A DNA stretch of 64,000 nt from Piromyces finnis finn (GCA_002104945.1 MCFH01000001.1:2480001-2544000); one strand, 5' to 3'; positions 26,978 to 41,226 are shown, numbered from the stretch's first letter. Made by a program: numbers and translations. The notes: generated from the sequence alone by a model not told the origin.

Positions 26978-28375
26978 TTATAAGTAATCTTCCTTCATCA
27001 CTTTATTTTTTATTAATTCAATAATTGTGTCATAATAATAATAAAAATAGTAAATAACGATAATAGTTATTAAAATGATATAGCGTGGATAATATTTAAA
27101 GTTGTTTCCGGTATTAATTTCCTTTTTATATTTTAAATTTAACACTATATCATTTTTATCATGAACAATAACTTCTTTTAATAAACTATTTTTTAAATAC
27201 CCCGTTTTGTTATTATAATTTTCATTTACTTCTTCTTTTACGTTTAATACTTTTGGTAAATTATTATAATTATAAAATAATGAATTTAAAAGATAATCAT
27301 TACCATAATTAATATGAATATCTATTATAAATATATAGGATAAGAAAATGAATGAGATATTAAAGAAAAAATAAATAAGCAAATAAAATAGAATATAAAA
27401 AAACAAAGAATTTTTAAATATATAATTAAAATTATTATTTTATTTCTTTAATCAAATATAAATGTATAAAAATATTTCAAACATTTACCATACTTGTAGT
27501 AACGAACATAAAAGCCAACCATCATCTTATCATTTTCTACCAAGGAGTGATGAGTAGTAACGTCTTGTTCGTAGAGATCAGATTCTCTAATAAAATTGTG
27601 AAATTGGAGCTTAATATTATTACTATTAAAGTAAGTTTTTTTTAAAGTAATTACTACAATTAAAAATTTATATGCATATTTTGTTAGAAATACAATCATT
27701 ATAAGAAATAACAAATAATATCTTTAAGAATAGTAATAGTTTTTAATAGATAATATAACTATTATAAATATATTCAATGATTACAATACATTTTGCTTTA
27801 TGATAAGTTAAATCGTTAATATTGCGAAGAACCATGACAATATTGACACAATATGGCATTTGTTCTTCTCGAAGACTATAGTCTTTTAGACAAAAGCTAA
27901 TATAATTTTGCTGATCTTTTGGATTATACGTTTTATGAAAACATAATCTCCTTTAATATATATATATATTATATTAAATTTTTAGTGTTTAGAAAATCTA
28001 ATTGCTTTCTTATAACCATGTAATAAAATGAAATATAAAACACATTTAAAATACTAAATATTAATCAATACCATATTTTAGAATCAGGATATACATATTT
28101 TCTTAAGCGATTATTATTGAAATTATTCCATTTTTCTATTCTATATTCATAGTATTTATCTTCAAGAATATTTTGATTATCATCCAATATTAATTCTCTT
28201 AATTCATTTAAATATTTTTCTGTAGCAACATCTATTATATAATTTTTATTTAATAGTAATAATATCAACGATTAATATAAAATAATTATTTCTATTGACT
28301 CTGATAGAAAGAAAATCAATATTTAATTATTTTACTATTTAATGATAATAACGGATTCATGGTGAAATTTATCAT
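26978..28375 (-). CDS. MATH/TRAF-domain protein with a C-terminal transmembrane segment; 5 exons, ~289 aa
   Basis: Exons 28375-28336, 28231-28072, 27950-27790, 27653-27489, 27321-26978 give an 870-nt open frame. MATH-like pattern YEYRIEKWNN..IWRLCF..NYISFCL..IVMVLRN..FHNFIRESDL..SLVENDKMMVGFYVR; hydrophobic YIILITIIVIYYFYYYY near the end. First exon less certain. Confidence 0.68.
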
Positions 28376-29254
28376 ATATATATACTATATATATATATTT
28401 TTTTAATAAGAATAATAAAAAAATTATTAAACTATATTGTATTATGTAATTATTATTATTATTATTTTTTAATTTAAATAGACTATAAAAACTTTATGTA
28501 ATAATAAGTTAATATTAATTTTGATTAAAGTTTATATTAGTTTTAATAAAGATCTAATGATTATGATGAAGAAAACTAACCTTTTAAGTATATATATATA
28601 TATATTTTTTTTTTACTCAGTTTTTAAGGATATTATTAAGGATATTATGAAATTTAAAATATTTAATAGAGTACTTTTATTTTTAACTAATATAAACTTC
28701 TATTAATGATTGTATTTGATTTTCAATTTTTTCTAATATGACTAAAAGTCAGGCTCTTTTACCGTTTTGTTTTGTAGAATATTAAATTGATAAATAATTT
28801 ATAAAAAACTCAAATAAATTATAAATGTTCAAGTATTAATAATTTTTCTTTTAATCTTTTTTTTTTTTTATTATTTATATTTCTGTTATTAATTTTATTT
28901 TTATTTTAGTGATTTTTCATTTTTTAATATACATAACTTTATAATAGGATTTTATTTTATTGTTTTACAATATATATAAAAATACAAAACAAACATTGTA
29001 AAATATGTTTGTTTATTTATAATACAGAATAAAAAAATACTTTTATAATTATATAGATAAAATGATAGATAATTCTAATATATTTAATATCTATATTTTA
29101 AAAACTTATATAATTATATAATTTAGTAATTTATTATAAGATATTTATTTTGGATAAATAAAATATAATAAAAAAATAAATGTTTGTTTTTTATTGACGA
29201 GTAATTTACTCGACGTTATTTCTATACGATAATTTTTAATAATTGGTAAAGTTA

Positions 29255-32200
29255 TTATTTAGCAACTAATTGAATAGTTTGTCCAGCCTTGGTTTCAATA
29301 TCATATTCGTAGTATTTTTCAAGTGATGGTCCTTTAATACTAGCCTTAGATGAAATTTCTGGTTTCTTAACATCTGATGAAAGTAATAAAGGATTTTTAC
29401 ATGTACCTTCAGCAGTCTTTAAACCTTCTCCTGAAAGTTGGGTATTGCTACGAATACGTAAAACTCCACCAATCTTAGACTTTATAGTGGCTTTGGTAAT
29501 CTTTTTACTCTTCCAAATCATATCAACTTCGAAACCACCTCTTGCAATTAAACCACTAATACTACCTTCATTCCAGACATCTGGAATAGCTGGAAGAAGA
29601 TGAACAGCACCATCATGACTTTGTAAAAGCATTTCAGCAATACCAGCACAAAAACCAAAGTTACCATCAATTTGGAATGGTGGGTGAGCATCGAAAAGAT
29701 TAGCATAAACTCTACCATTACTATTGTCTTGACCAGTTGGTAAAAGATTAAGCATATTTTGAATGATTTTATAGGCGTGGTTACCATCTAAAAGTCTTGC
29801 CCAAAGATTAATTTTCCAACCAATACTCCAACCTGTGGCCATATCACCACGTTGGGTAAGAGTGTTTTTAGCGGCTTCAAATAAGAGGGGTTGTTTGAAT
29901 GGTGAAATTTGACCACTTGGGTAAAGACCATAAAGATGTGATACATGACGGTGATCATCCTTTGGATTATCAGCATCAACAAACCATTCTTGTAATTGAT
30001 TGTATTGACCTACCTTCATTGGTGCAATACTATTGATGGTATTTTGTAAAGTTTTTTGGAAAGATTCATCAACACCAAGGGTTTTGGCTGCAAGAAGAGC
30101 TTGGTTTAAAACATCGAAAGCAATTTGGTTATCCATAGTACAACCAGAGGTCATGGATGATCCATCATAACTGTAACCATGTTCTGGAGATGTGGATGGA
30201 ACGGTAGCTAAATATCCAGTGTTTGGATCTTTAACCATACTTGAAACAAAGAACTTTGCAGCTTCTTTTAAAATAGAGTAATTTTGGTTAAGGAAATCCT
30301 TGTCACCAGTAAAGAGGTAGTGTTGCCAGATGTGAGTAGAGAGCCATCCACCACCGTTTGGCCACATACCCCAGTAAGCACCATCTACAGGACCAGTAAT
30401 ACGCCAGATATCAGTGTTATGATGAGCCATCCAACCTTCAGCGTTATATATTTTTGATGCAGCTTCTCTTCCGGTAACTGAAAGATCACGAATAAGTGAG
30501 AAAAGAGGATCGTGACATTCACTAAGATTTGTAACTTCAGCAGGCCAGTAGTTCATTTCAGTGTTAATATTGATAGTGTATTTACTATCCCATGGTGCAT
30601 CAATACTATCATTCCAAATACCTTGTAAATTAGCTGGTTGACCACCTGGTTGGGATGATGTAATTAATAAATAACGACCATATTGGAACATTAAAGCAAT
30701 AAGATCTTGATCACCAGATCTATTGAAATTGGCTAAACGATCGACAGTTTGATTTTCAGCATTGCTATTTACTGGAAGAGAAATCTTTACACGATCAAAT
30801 TGCTTTTTGTAAGCAGCAAGATGTTTATCTTTAAGAGATGAGTAAGTTGATTTTAATGCGCTTTGAATAGCGGCTTCGGCCTTTTTCTGGGCATCTCCAC
30901 TAACATCGTTGTAAGAAACAAAGTTGGTGGCAGCAGTGATATAAATAACTGTATCATAAGCACCTGAAACAGAAAGTGATGAACCACTTGCAGATACTCT
31001 ACCGTCGGTAACAATTTCTACAATACCATAAGCAGAAAGTTTTGATCCAACACCTTCTTGATCCTTACCTCTAATTTTAAGAATCATACGATTATTACTT
31101 GTTGAAACAGAAGTACTAAGTTGACATTTATGACTAACAGTAAAACTAATTGGTTTGTTTTCATTAGTAATCTTGTAAGCTAATACATTGTCAGCCATAG
31201 AAGCGAACAATGAACGTTCTACATTCATTCCATTGGAAGTAAACTTGGAAGTTGCAATAGCAGTATTGAGATCAAGATCACGATAATAGTTTGAAACATC
31301 TTTAACATCTGAGAATTTAATGTAAAGACTACCTAAAGTAAGATATCCCATACCATTTTGACCTGAGAAGAAGTTTTTATCAATTAAATTTTGAGCATCA
31401 CCAAATTTGCTACTGAAAATAAGTTGACGAGCTTGTGAAAGGACTGAATTAGCTCTTTGTGGGATATTGTTGTGAGGACCGCCGGCCCAGAAAGTTTCTT
31501 CATTTAATTGAATTTCATCAGTTTGTGCCCCTCCGAAAACCATTCCACCAAGGTGTGAATTACCAACTGGAAGAGCTTCAGTCCATGCATTAGCAGGTGA
31601 GTTGTACCAAAGTTTTAAGTCAGCTTTTGGATGAGTTTCTTCTTCTGTTGGAGCACTAACGGACTCGAAAAGCCAAGTTTGATTACCCTTTTCACCACCA
31701 CCAGTCCATTGAACGACATTACTACCATCTGCAGTGCCTTCTCTTTCAACATCTAATACTTTACCACCTTCAGAGACTCTGGTACCAATTATATAAACGT
31801 TTTCCTTTGTTGTTTTTATAATAGTAAATTGTTGAGCATCATGACCATAAGCAGTGTAAATTTGAATGTTAGAACCATCCTTATCTTCACCCATAGCTAC
31901 ATCAATCATAAAATCACCATACATAGAAAGTAAGGTAACATAACCTTCTCCAACATTTTCAAGTTTCCATTTTTGTGCTTTTGAACTAATAACTATATTT
32001 CCACCGGCAATATTACTAGATGATGTAAGGTATTTTTTAGAACCTGTATTCTTAATGGTATACCAACCATTTTTAAGAACGTTGTTTGAAGTATCATTAT
32101 CTTCATTATTTGTATCTATGTTATGGTAAATAAATTAAGCATTAATATTTATATTTATAAAATTAATAATAATAATAATAAGGTAAGTTATAAAATTAAT

Positions 32201-32727
32201 TAATATTTTTTCCTTTTAAATACTAATAAATATTTTTAATAATTGTCATTTAATATTATTATCATTATTTCAAGAATAATTTTTGGAAAGTTACCTTCAT
32301 TTGGAGAGTCAGTACTAAAACATGAATCTTTAATACCACACCATGCGTAATTTTCTATACCCCATTTACCTTCTTCAGTTTCTTCGATAACCTCACAACC
32401 TTCACAACATGAATAATCTGGGAAGGAGAAACAATCAGAATAATCACTACTTTCACATTTAGATGGGATTACTTTTGTAAATATTTATATATACAAATTG
32501 TCATTTAATATTTTTGAAATTTTGAATTCAATCCAGTTATAGAATATTTAAATGACACTAATAATAGCGATAGTGATAATAATATACTTACTACACCAGT
32601 CATTGTTTTCAACACCCCATTTGGTATCATCTTCATAAACAACATAGCAACCATTACATTCGTCGTAGGCATGGACTAAACGAGAACTTAATCCAGCCAA
32701 TAATAAAAGAGGAGATAAATATTTCAT
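29255..32727 (-). CDS. Cellulosomal GH95 alpha-L-fucosidase: signal peptide, 2 fungal dockerins, ricin-B (CBM13-like) lectin, GH95; 3 exons, 1057 aa
   Basis: Exons 32727-32592, 32471-32295, 32115-29255. Dockerin motifs [10 protein letters not shown] and [11 protein letters not shown]; ricin QxW/QQF repeats; GH95 motifs [75 protein letters not shown]. Confidence 0.93.
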
Positions 32728-34790
32728 TAATAATTTTTCTATTTTTATTTTTCCTATTTTTTATTTTTATAATATTATTCCTGTATTTATTTTAATTTTA
32801 TATTTTTTTTTTTAATTTTTATATATATCTATATCTATTTCTTTTTATACACTTTTGTTAATAATCTATATTAACGGTATAAAATAGAATGGGATAAAAA
32901 AATTTTTTTTTTTGGAATATTTAATTATTTATATATAATTTTTTTTTATTATTAAATCCATTTTTTTAATTGTATCCATTTTTTTAATTTATATTTAATT
33001 ATTGAAAATAACTTTAAATATTATTATTTCAATAATTGATGTTAATCTTTTTTCCAAAAACAAAAAATTTAATAATATAAATAAATTAATTTAGGATGAC
33101 ATAAAATAATTAAAACTTTGTTATTAATAATAATAATTTTTGATTTTCATATTTTCATTATTTTATATTTACCTTTGAATATATTTAATATTCCATCATT
33201 ATTAAAAAATTCTTAATACTAAAAGTTATAGTGTTGTTTTAATTATTTTATTTAATGTATAATAGTAAAAACTTTACATCTTTATATAATAATAAATTAT
33301 ATAATTGAAATGTGAATTATTCCTTCTTTTATTATATTTATATATAATATTTGTTCAGACTTTTAGAAATTGTAAAATAAACATTTAAATTAGTTATTAT
33401 AAAAAGGAATTTAACTTTTATCATAATTAAAATATTTATCGAAGTAAAATTATAATGAAAATATTGATATTGTTTATTTTATTTAATAATTATAATTTTT
33501 ATTTTTCATATTTACAAGTTGAGTTGTCATTCTCAACTTTTATTTGTTATTTATTTTTATTGTTATCCATTTTTATAAAGGATACTAAGCATTAAAAATT
33601 AATTTATCATCAGGGAAACTAAACTTTAAAAATTAATAAATTTTTTTTTAATATATTTATTTAAATTGAATAAAAATTACAAAGTTAATTTTTCTCATTA
33701 ATATAATAAAGTCAATTTAATAAGTATTTTTTATACTTTTAAATTTAATATCATAATAATATATATAAAAACTTTTAATAAAATGTGATTTAAAATAAAA
33801 TATTTATTAATTTTTAATTTAAAAATTGATGGTGAATGAAAATCTTTTAATCATAAATAATACCAATTTAATTATTAAATAAACTTTAAATATTATTTTT
33901 AGTATATTTTTGATTACACAAAAAATAACTTTTTATGATAATTATGGTTACACAAATAATAAATAAAATTGAGGATTAATAAAAAATAAAAATATTAATT
34001 AAGCATAAATTGTATTTATTGTATACAAAAACAATGATTTTTAAATTTTTCATATAAACCATAATGGATTTAATCAATATTTAATTAAATATTAAATAAA
34101 ATTTTACTAGTCATCTTTCCAAAATTTTAATTCAAGTTGCATACTTTTTCCTAAATTCCTTTAAAAAACAATAAAACTTAGCCTTTTTTTAATTAAATTC
34201 AAAAATTTTGATATTATTTGAATTAAAACAAAAAAAAAAAAAGGGAATTTAATTTTCCCATTTAATTAATCAATTAATAATTATAACTATAAAGAGTAAG
34301 AAAAATATATTTTTTAAATAATAATTGAATAATAAAATATTTTTTGTCATAATTAAAATATATAAACAAATTTTATTTAATTATTAAATTAACAAAAGCA
34401 AAAACAAAAACAAAACATAATATTATTCAGTATATATAAATACTGAATAATAGATTATTGACCTATTGGACTTTTTTGAATTTCTTTAAATAATATATTA
34501 ATTAGTTTATATTATTAAAGTAATAATAATTACTTATTTTTTTTCAATTGTATTTTTATATTTACAAAGGATGTTATTTTTTTTTTTAGTTATATTTAAT
34601 ATAATATTAATTTACATAACTTTCTTTTAATATTTAATATAATAAATTTTTTTTTAATATATATATAATATATATAATATATAAATCAAAAAGGTATTAT
34701 TTATTCAATATTAATGTCATTTTCTTATGTTCTTATTTTATTTTAAATGAAATAAATTATATCTTTTCCATTCATATATTGTAAGTATAA

Positions 34791-34911
34791 ATACTACAGT
34801 ATTGAAGGCATTCATGGCTTAATAGTTTTGACTATCTCAATAATAGTAATACCACCATTATTTGAAATTGGAATGTATGGATTAGCACCATGATTCAATA
34901 ATATTTTAATG
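34791..34911 (-). pseudogene. Inverted relic of the last ankyrin repeat of a paralogue of the adjacent gene
   Basis: Reverse complement translates IKILLNHGANPYIP..NNGGITIIEIVK and aligns with 36012-36122 (IELLLKHGDNPYIPNNEGNTIIETAK), with two insertions and a stop. Confidence 0.8.
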
Positions 34912-34977
34912 TTTTTTTTTTTATTATTATTTTTTATTTTTTAATTAAGCAGCATAAAATCATAAAAACCAGTAGGA

Positions 34978-36321
34978 TTGATATATTTTATGGAAAATAT
35001 GAATAAATTAAAAGGTTTTAAATATGTTAACTTGGAAGATAATAATGGTAATACAGCACTTTTCTATGCAATAGATTCTATTGTAATATTTCAAAAATTA
35101 GTTGATAGAGGTGCTGATTATAATCATTTCAATAGAAATGGTGAAAATGTATTAATGTATGCTTGTAGAAAAAATAAACTCAGATTATTTGATTATGTAT
35201 TAAAAATTCCAGACTTCAATGTAGCTCAATTTGATAATTTCGGAAGAAATTTACCTATGATTTTAGTTGAATGTAATCATAGTCAAGAATTAATATCTTT
35301 TTACAATTATCATAGTGATTTTGATATTAATTTTGTAAATAAATCTAACGAATCATTATTAAGCATCTTTATAAATCATTATATCTCAGAATTAAAAGAA
35401 AAAGATGAATTAATAAAAACTAAATATTATGAAGTTATTAGGGATTATGGATTAATGATAAGAGCTCTTGTAGAATCAGGATGTGATTTTAATGCATATA
35501 TTGATGGTGATGGTAATACTCCTATGATGTTTTTCTTGTTGATAGAAGATTATGTTTCTGCTTACTATCTTCTTACTAAATTTCCAAAATTAGATCTTTC
35601 TATAAAAAATAAGTATAATGCCAATGCAAGCTACATGGCCTTTTTTATTAATAGGGGTCGTTTTAGAAATCGTGTAAACCTTTCTTTAATCTATGGGGAA
35701 TTCTTGAAAGCATTCTTTGAACACTCAACTTTCGATTATTCTTATTTAGATGATTATGGAAATTCACTTTTAAATCACTGCATTATAAAAAATGAAGATG
35801 AAGTCTGTTATTTTTTAAAATACATGAATGATGAAATTGTAAGTCAAATTAATAATAAAAAAGAGGCATCCTTAATCATTGCTTCAAAATTTGGTAAAAG
35901 CCAAATTATTGAAAATCTTTTAACCTATCCATATATTCGAAAGAATATCAACCACACTGATTGTCATGGAAATACTGCCTTGTTTTATGCTGTTCAATTA
36001 AGAGATAAAGAAACTATTGAATTGTTATTGAAGCATGGAGATAATCCATACATTCCAAACAATGAAGGTAATACTATTATTGAGACAGCCAAAGCTATAA
36101 ATGCCTTTAATATTGTAGAATTAATCGAAGATATTTTAGCAGTCAATAATAATGGAAAAGGAAATTTGAAAAAAACAGAGAATAAAGACAAAGAACTTGA
36201 TAAATTAGATAACCAAATTAAAAATTATTGTATTATTGAAAATAAAAAAGAATATGATTACTTAATGAAATATGAATTTATTTCATATTATCAACCATCT
36301 TATTATAAAGATTTAATTTAA
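34978..36321 (+). pseudogene. Ankyrin-repeat gene, probably 5'-truncated and with a premature stop
   Basis: Ankyrin motifs GNTALFYA, GENVLMYA, DGNTPMMF, HGNTALFYAV. In-frame TAA at 34963 just upstream; after TAA 36319-36321 the same frame stays open for ~35 more codons (QWLYDRIISPKIREF...). Confidence 0.6.
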
Positions 36322-39052
36322 CAATGGTTATATGATAGAATTATTTCACCTAAAATAAGGGAATTTTTATTATATGATGTGAATTATGAATTATATTACA
36401 AATGCTACATTAAATATCTCTTATGTTGAAAATAGCATATAGAGAATTTAATATGCCTTAATATTATATTTAAAAAAAAACTTTTTTTTCTCTTACTTTT
36501 TTTTAATAAATAGATCAAAGATATATATATTTAAATATAATTGCTAATTACTTATGATAATATAATTTATATAATTAAATACTCTATTTTTATTTAAAAT
36601 AGTATTAAAAAATAATAAAACAAATCATTATTATTTAATAGGAATAGAATTTTTATTTCATTATCAAAATTTATATACATTTTTTCTTTTTATTAAAGGA
36701 ATTAACGTAATACAATAAATAAATAGTAATAATAACAATAGATTTTCTTTGTGATAATAGTAATAATAATAAAATAATTATTGAGATTTTGTCAATTTAT
36801 AAATAAACAACATGGAGTAAAAAATAATCACTATAAATGTAAAATAAAAAAATCAAATAAAAATTAGAATCAAATTATATCATAACTTTCATAAGATTAT
36901 ATATTTATTTAAAATATATTCTTATGAAAGTTATAATTTGGTTTAATTTTTAGGATGTATTAATGAGAATTTCAGTACTTTAATATTATTATAATGAAGA
37001 TTAATAAAATTAACATTTATTTATTAACAGAATGAATAACTTCATATAATCACGTGATCATCAAAATTAAATTATACGCCACAGCTACCAAATTTTCTAT
37101 ACAATGTATTTTGGATTTATTGAATTTATAAATTTATTTTTTATATAATAATTAAAGTTTATAAGTTTTATTATATATCAATTATTAATAAATAATCAAT
37201 AATAATACAAATATTTTTATTTAAAATCGGGGACAGTAATAATTAAATTAATTTATTATGTGAGGAATTTAATATAATATAAACTTTTAAATTTAATTTA
37301 TTTTTAATAAAATTATGCAAAATTTTAATATCATTTATCTTTGATATGACTCATTTGATCATCTTTAATGAGTTGTAAAAAACCATTTAATTTAAAATTT
37401 ATTGTTCTATTAAATTAAGATAAAAGTAAATTTAATAATACTAAAAAAGAGAAAATAATAATCATTATTAAAAAAAGGAAAAAGGCTTTATTTTTTTATA
37501 TTTAAAATAATTACATATGTTGTATTATTGTATTGTTATGTTATGACCCATTTAAATTTAAAGAAAAAAAATTAATGTAACACTATTTATTAACTCTTTT
37601 TAAATTAATTTATTTTGGAATTCATTCTTCTTATTTAATATTTTATCATAAGATAAAAAGAAAAAGGAAGCTATAGTAAAAAAAAGAATAAAGTAATAAT
37701 TATCATATAATTCCAATTTTGAATTTATAAAAATAAAATAAATTAAAAATATATTATTTGTAAATTAATTTTTCTTTTATAATTGTAAAGATCATTTTTA
37801 AAGGTTTGTTGGAAGGAAAAAGAAGAATGATTAATTCCAAGTAATGAAATTAATGTGATAAAATACATTTATTTATTTTAATATTATAAAGTTAAAAATT
37901 TGAAATGAAATTAAACTTTTTATTATTATTATTTACGGTATTAATATTGTTTAGAGTGAAATGCCTTTTTTTATTTATTTATTTAATAGTTAAAAATAGC
38001 TTTATAATTATTTCTTTTTTTAAAAAGTTTTTTTTTTATTAAAGGAAAAAAGGAAATATTAATTTTTTAAAATTTTAATAAAACAAAAATTTAATATTCA
38101 TTAAAAATGATAATAGATTTTTTAGATAAAATAAATTTTTAATAATTAGAAAATGACTAAAACATAATTTTGAGGTAGGACAAATTTAAAGAAAAAAAAA
38201 AAAGTATTGTGACTGGATGACATCCCAAATTTCATACTCATCTTTCCAATTCAATAAAATAATTGAATAGAATAATTAAAATAAAGTAAAATAATATTTG
38301 TATTTTTAAAAGTTAAATTTATTATTATCCTATATAAATATATAATTTATATCCTTTATCCCTTCCTATTAAGAATTATAGCTATTTTTTTTTAAAAAAA
38401 TACAATGCTTTGTTACTTTTAAATATTTAAATCCTTAAATTCATTTCATATTATAAATTCTAAAATAGGATGATGTATTGTAGTATTATATTGTATATTT
38501 TATTATATATTATATTTTTTAAAGTTATTGTATTTTTTAAACATAATAAAAACTATTTATGATTAAAAAGATTTAATATATATTTTTAATTTATTTATTG
38601 AATGTTTATTGGTCAAAACAAACAAACAAAAAATGGATAATATTAATAATGATAAAATAAAAAATTACATTATTTACTTTTAATGAATAATAAATTTTTG
38701 TTCTAGAATTTAATTACCATATAAGGAAATATCTTATTTTTAATTAATTTATTATTCATAATTCATTAATTTATTCCTAATTTTAATTATAATATAAAAA
38801 TTTTGGTATACCTACCTGCCGGTTAAGATTTAATAATAATAACTCAATATATATTAATTTTACATTGTTTTTTTTTTTAAAAAAATATAAAAACAATAAT
38901 AACTTCCTTTTTTATTTTTTTTTTTAAACTAAATAAAAAATAATTAAAAGTTTCTTCTTTTTTTGATAAAAAAAGAAATAAAAAATTAAAAATATTACCA
39001 ATTTCTTGTTAAACTATTGTTGTTTTATATATATAATATTTTTTATTTGAAA

Positions 39053-40631
39053 ATGAGATCTTTCAAATTTTTCGCCTTAACTTTAGCTGCCATTGTTGGT
39101 AGTACTTTTGGTGCTAAGAAGGGAAGTGAAAGTTCATTCACCTACATGTCAGGAACAACCCCATTTAAATATTCTGAATTCAAAGATATTGTTATCTATG
39201 GGTAATATATATAATAATAAGAAAATATATATTAAATTTTGTTATTTTATATAAATGAAAAATAAAAAAATGAAATTAAAATTAATAATAAAAATATTTA
39301 ATTTCATGTTAATATTATAGTGATTCATACACTACTGTTTCCACCAACTACAACACTATGGAATACACTGGTGAAGTAAGTTTATTAACATATTTTTAAA
39401 TTGAAAAAAAAAGATTAAAAAATATTTTAAAAATTTTGGGATATTAATTGTTACAGTTACATTATTATTATTATATTTATAAAGAACTTATCAAAGGGTA
39501 AGAATTGGCCACAACATTTAATTGATCCAATTCACCCAATGAAGATGTGGAATTTTGCTGCTAATGGTGCTGTTGTTGATGCTAGAATGTAGGTTTTAAA
39601 TAAATATATTATTAATTTAAAAACATATAATACCTATAATAAATATGTAAAATATAAATGGCAATATACTAAAATAAATATAAAAAAATTTAAAAAAAAA
39701 AAAAAAAATTAGTGTTGGTCAATACACTCCAATGACTGAACAATATTCTTACTTCTTAAAACATATGGGTAAGGGTCAAAAATTCAATACCTGGAAGGGA
39801 GAAACTACATTATTCACAATTTGGTTTGGTATTAACGATCTTTTAAGTAAGCGTGGTACTGGTACATCTGTTGATGAACAAATTGCTACTTCTATGTTTG
39901 AAATGATTGAAGGTATGTACAATGAAGGTGGTAGAAACTTTATGATCTTCTTCGTTCCAGATGTTAGTAAGAGTCCTCTCTACTATGGTAACGAAACTCA
40001 AAAGACTTACATTCCAGCATACAATCAAATTCTTAATAAGTACGCTATGATGTACCAAGCTTCTCACCCAGATACTAACTTCTTCGTTTACAATACTTTC
40101 AGTGAATTTGAATACATTATGGAAAACAAATCTGAATACGGTTTAACTAACATTACTGATGTTTGTCAAACTGGTTTTGGTTTCGGTGGTTTCCAATGGG
40201 GAGGTCAAAGTAACTGTGATGAAAAGACTTACTTCTGGGCTGATAACCTTCACCCAAGTCCAAAGGTTCATGAAGCTTTAGCTTATGATATTGATAAGTT
40301 CTTAAGTACCAATGAAAAGAATCAACAATTAGTTAACGGAAACAACAACAATCAAGACCAAGATTCTTGCTGGTCTGAAGAATTAGGTTATCCATGTTGT
40401 ACCTCTACTACTAAGGTTGTTTACACTGATGAAAGTGGTAATTGGGGTGTTGAAAACAACAACTGGTGTGGTATAGTTTCTGAAACTTCAGCTTGCTGGG
40501 CTGAACTTCTCGGTTACAGTTGCTGTAGTACTAAAACTTGTAGAAATGCTGTCTACACTGATGATGATGGCCAATGGGATGTTGAAAATGGTAATTGGTG
40601 TGGTATTACTTCAGCTAATACCATGTGCTAA
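39053..40631 (+). CDS. Cellulosomal SGNH/GDSL esterase (CE16-like acetylesterase) with two C-terminal fungal dockerins; 4 exons, 408 aa
   Basis: Exons 39053-39201, 39321-39375, 39485-39588, 39713-40631. SGNH blocks YGDSY, NFAANGA, IWFGIND, WADNLHP; dockerins [21 protein letters not shown] and [21 protein letters not shown]. Confidence 0.9.
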
Positions 40632-41226
40632 ATCTATTAAAAAAAAAAAATTTTTTTTTAAACATTCCTCTTTATTTTTTTTTCTAATGATGAAAAATAG
40701 AATAAGCTTTTTTTTTTTTTACAAAGTGTAAAATAAATATTCAAAAAAAAAAAAAAAAGTTAATTAAATTATTTAAATATATTAAAACAACTTTAGAGAA
40801 AAAAAATTAAATGTATATTAAAAAAAATTTTTGTAATATATATTTTTAAAAAATATATTTTAAAAATAAATAACAAAAAATGTAAATTAATTATTTAATA
40901 AAAATTAACTATTTTAAAATAGTAAAGTAACAATTAAATTATAAATAAATAAAAAAAACTATTAAAAAAAAAAAGGTTTTGCAATGAATTATTTTAATTT
41001 TATAAAATGATATCTTTTTTATCCTAGATTTTTGAAGGATTTAATCAGAGTTTCTAACTGGGATAAATTTAAATTCTAAACAGACTTTATACCAAAGATT
41101 TTATAAATTTTCTAGTTATATAAAAGAAGAAAAGGTTTAACATCTATGAAATGAATTTTTTAATGTTTTTAAAAAAAAATATTATTTTACAAAAAAAATA
41201 TAGATATACAGATATATTCTGTAATA

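Noticed and set aside
28521-28706. 61-aa minus-strand ORF
   Set aside because: AT-rich chance ORF with no codon bias or motif
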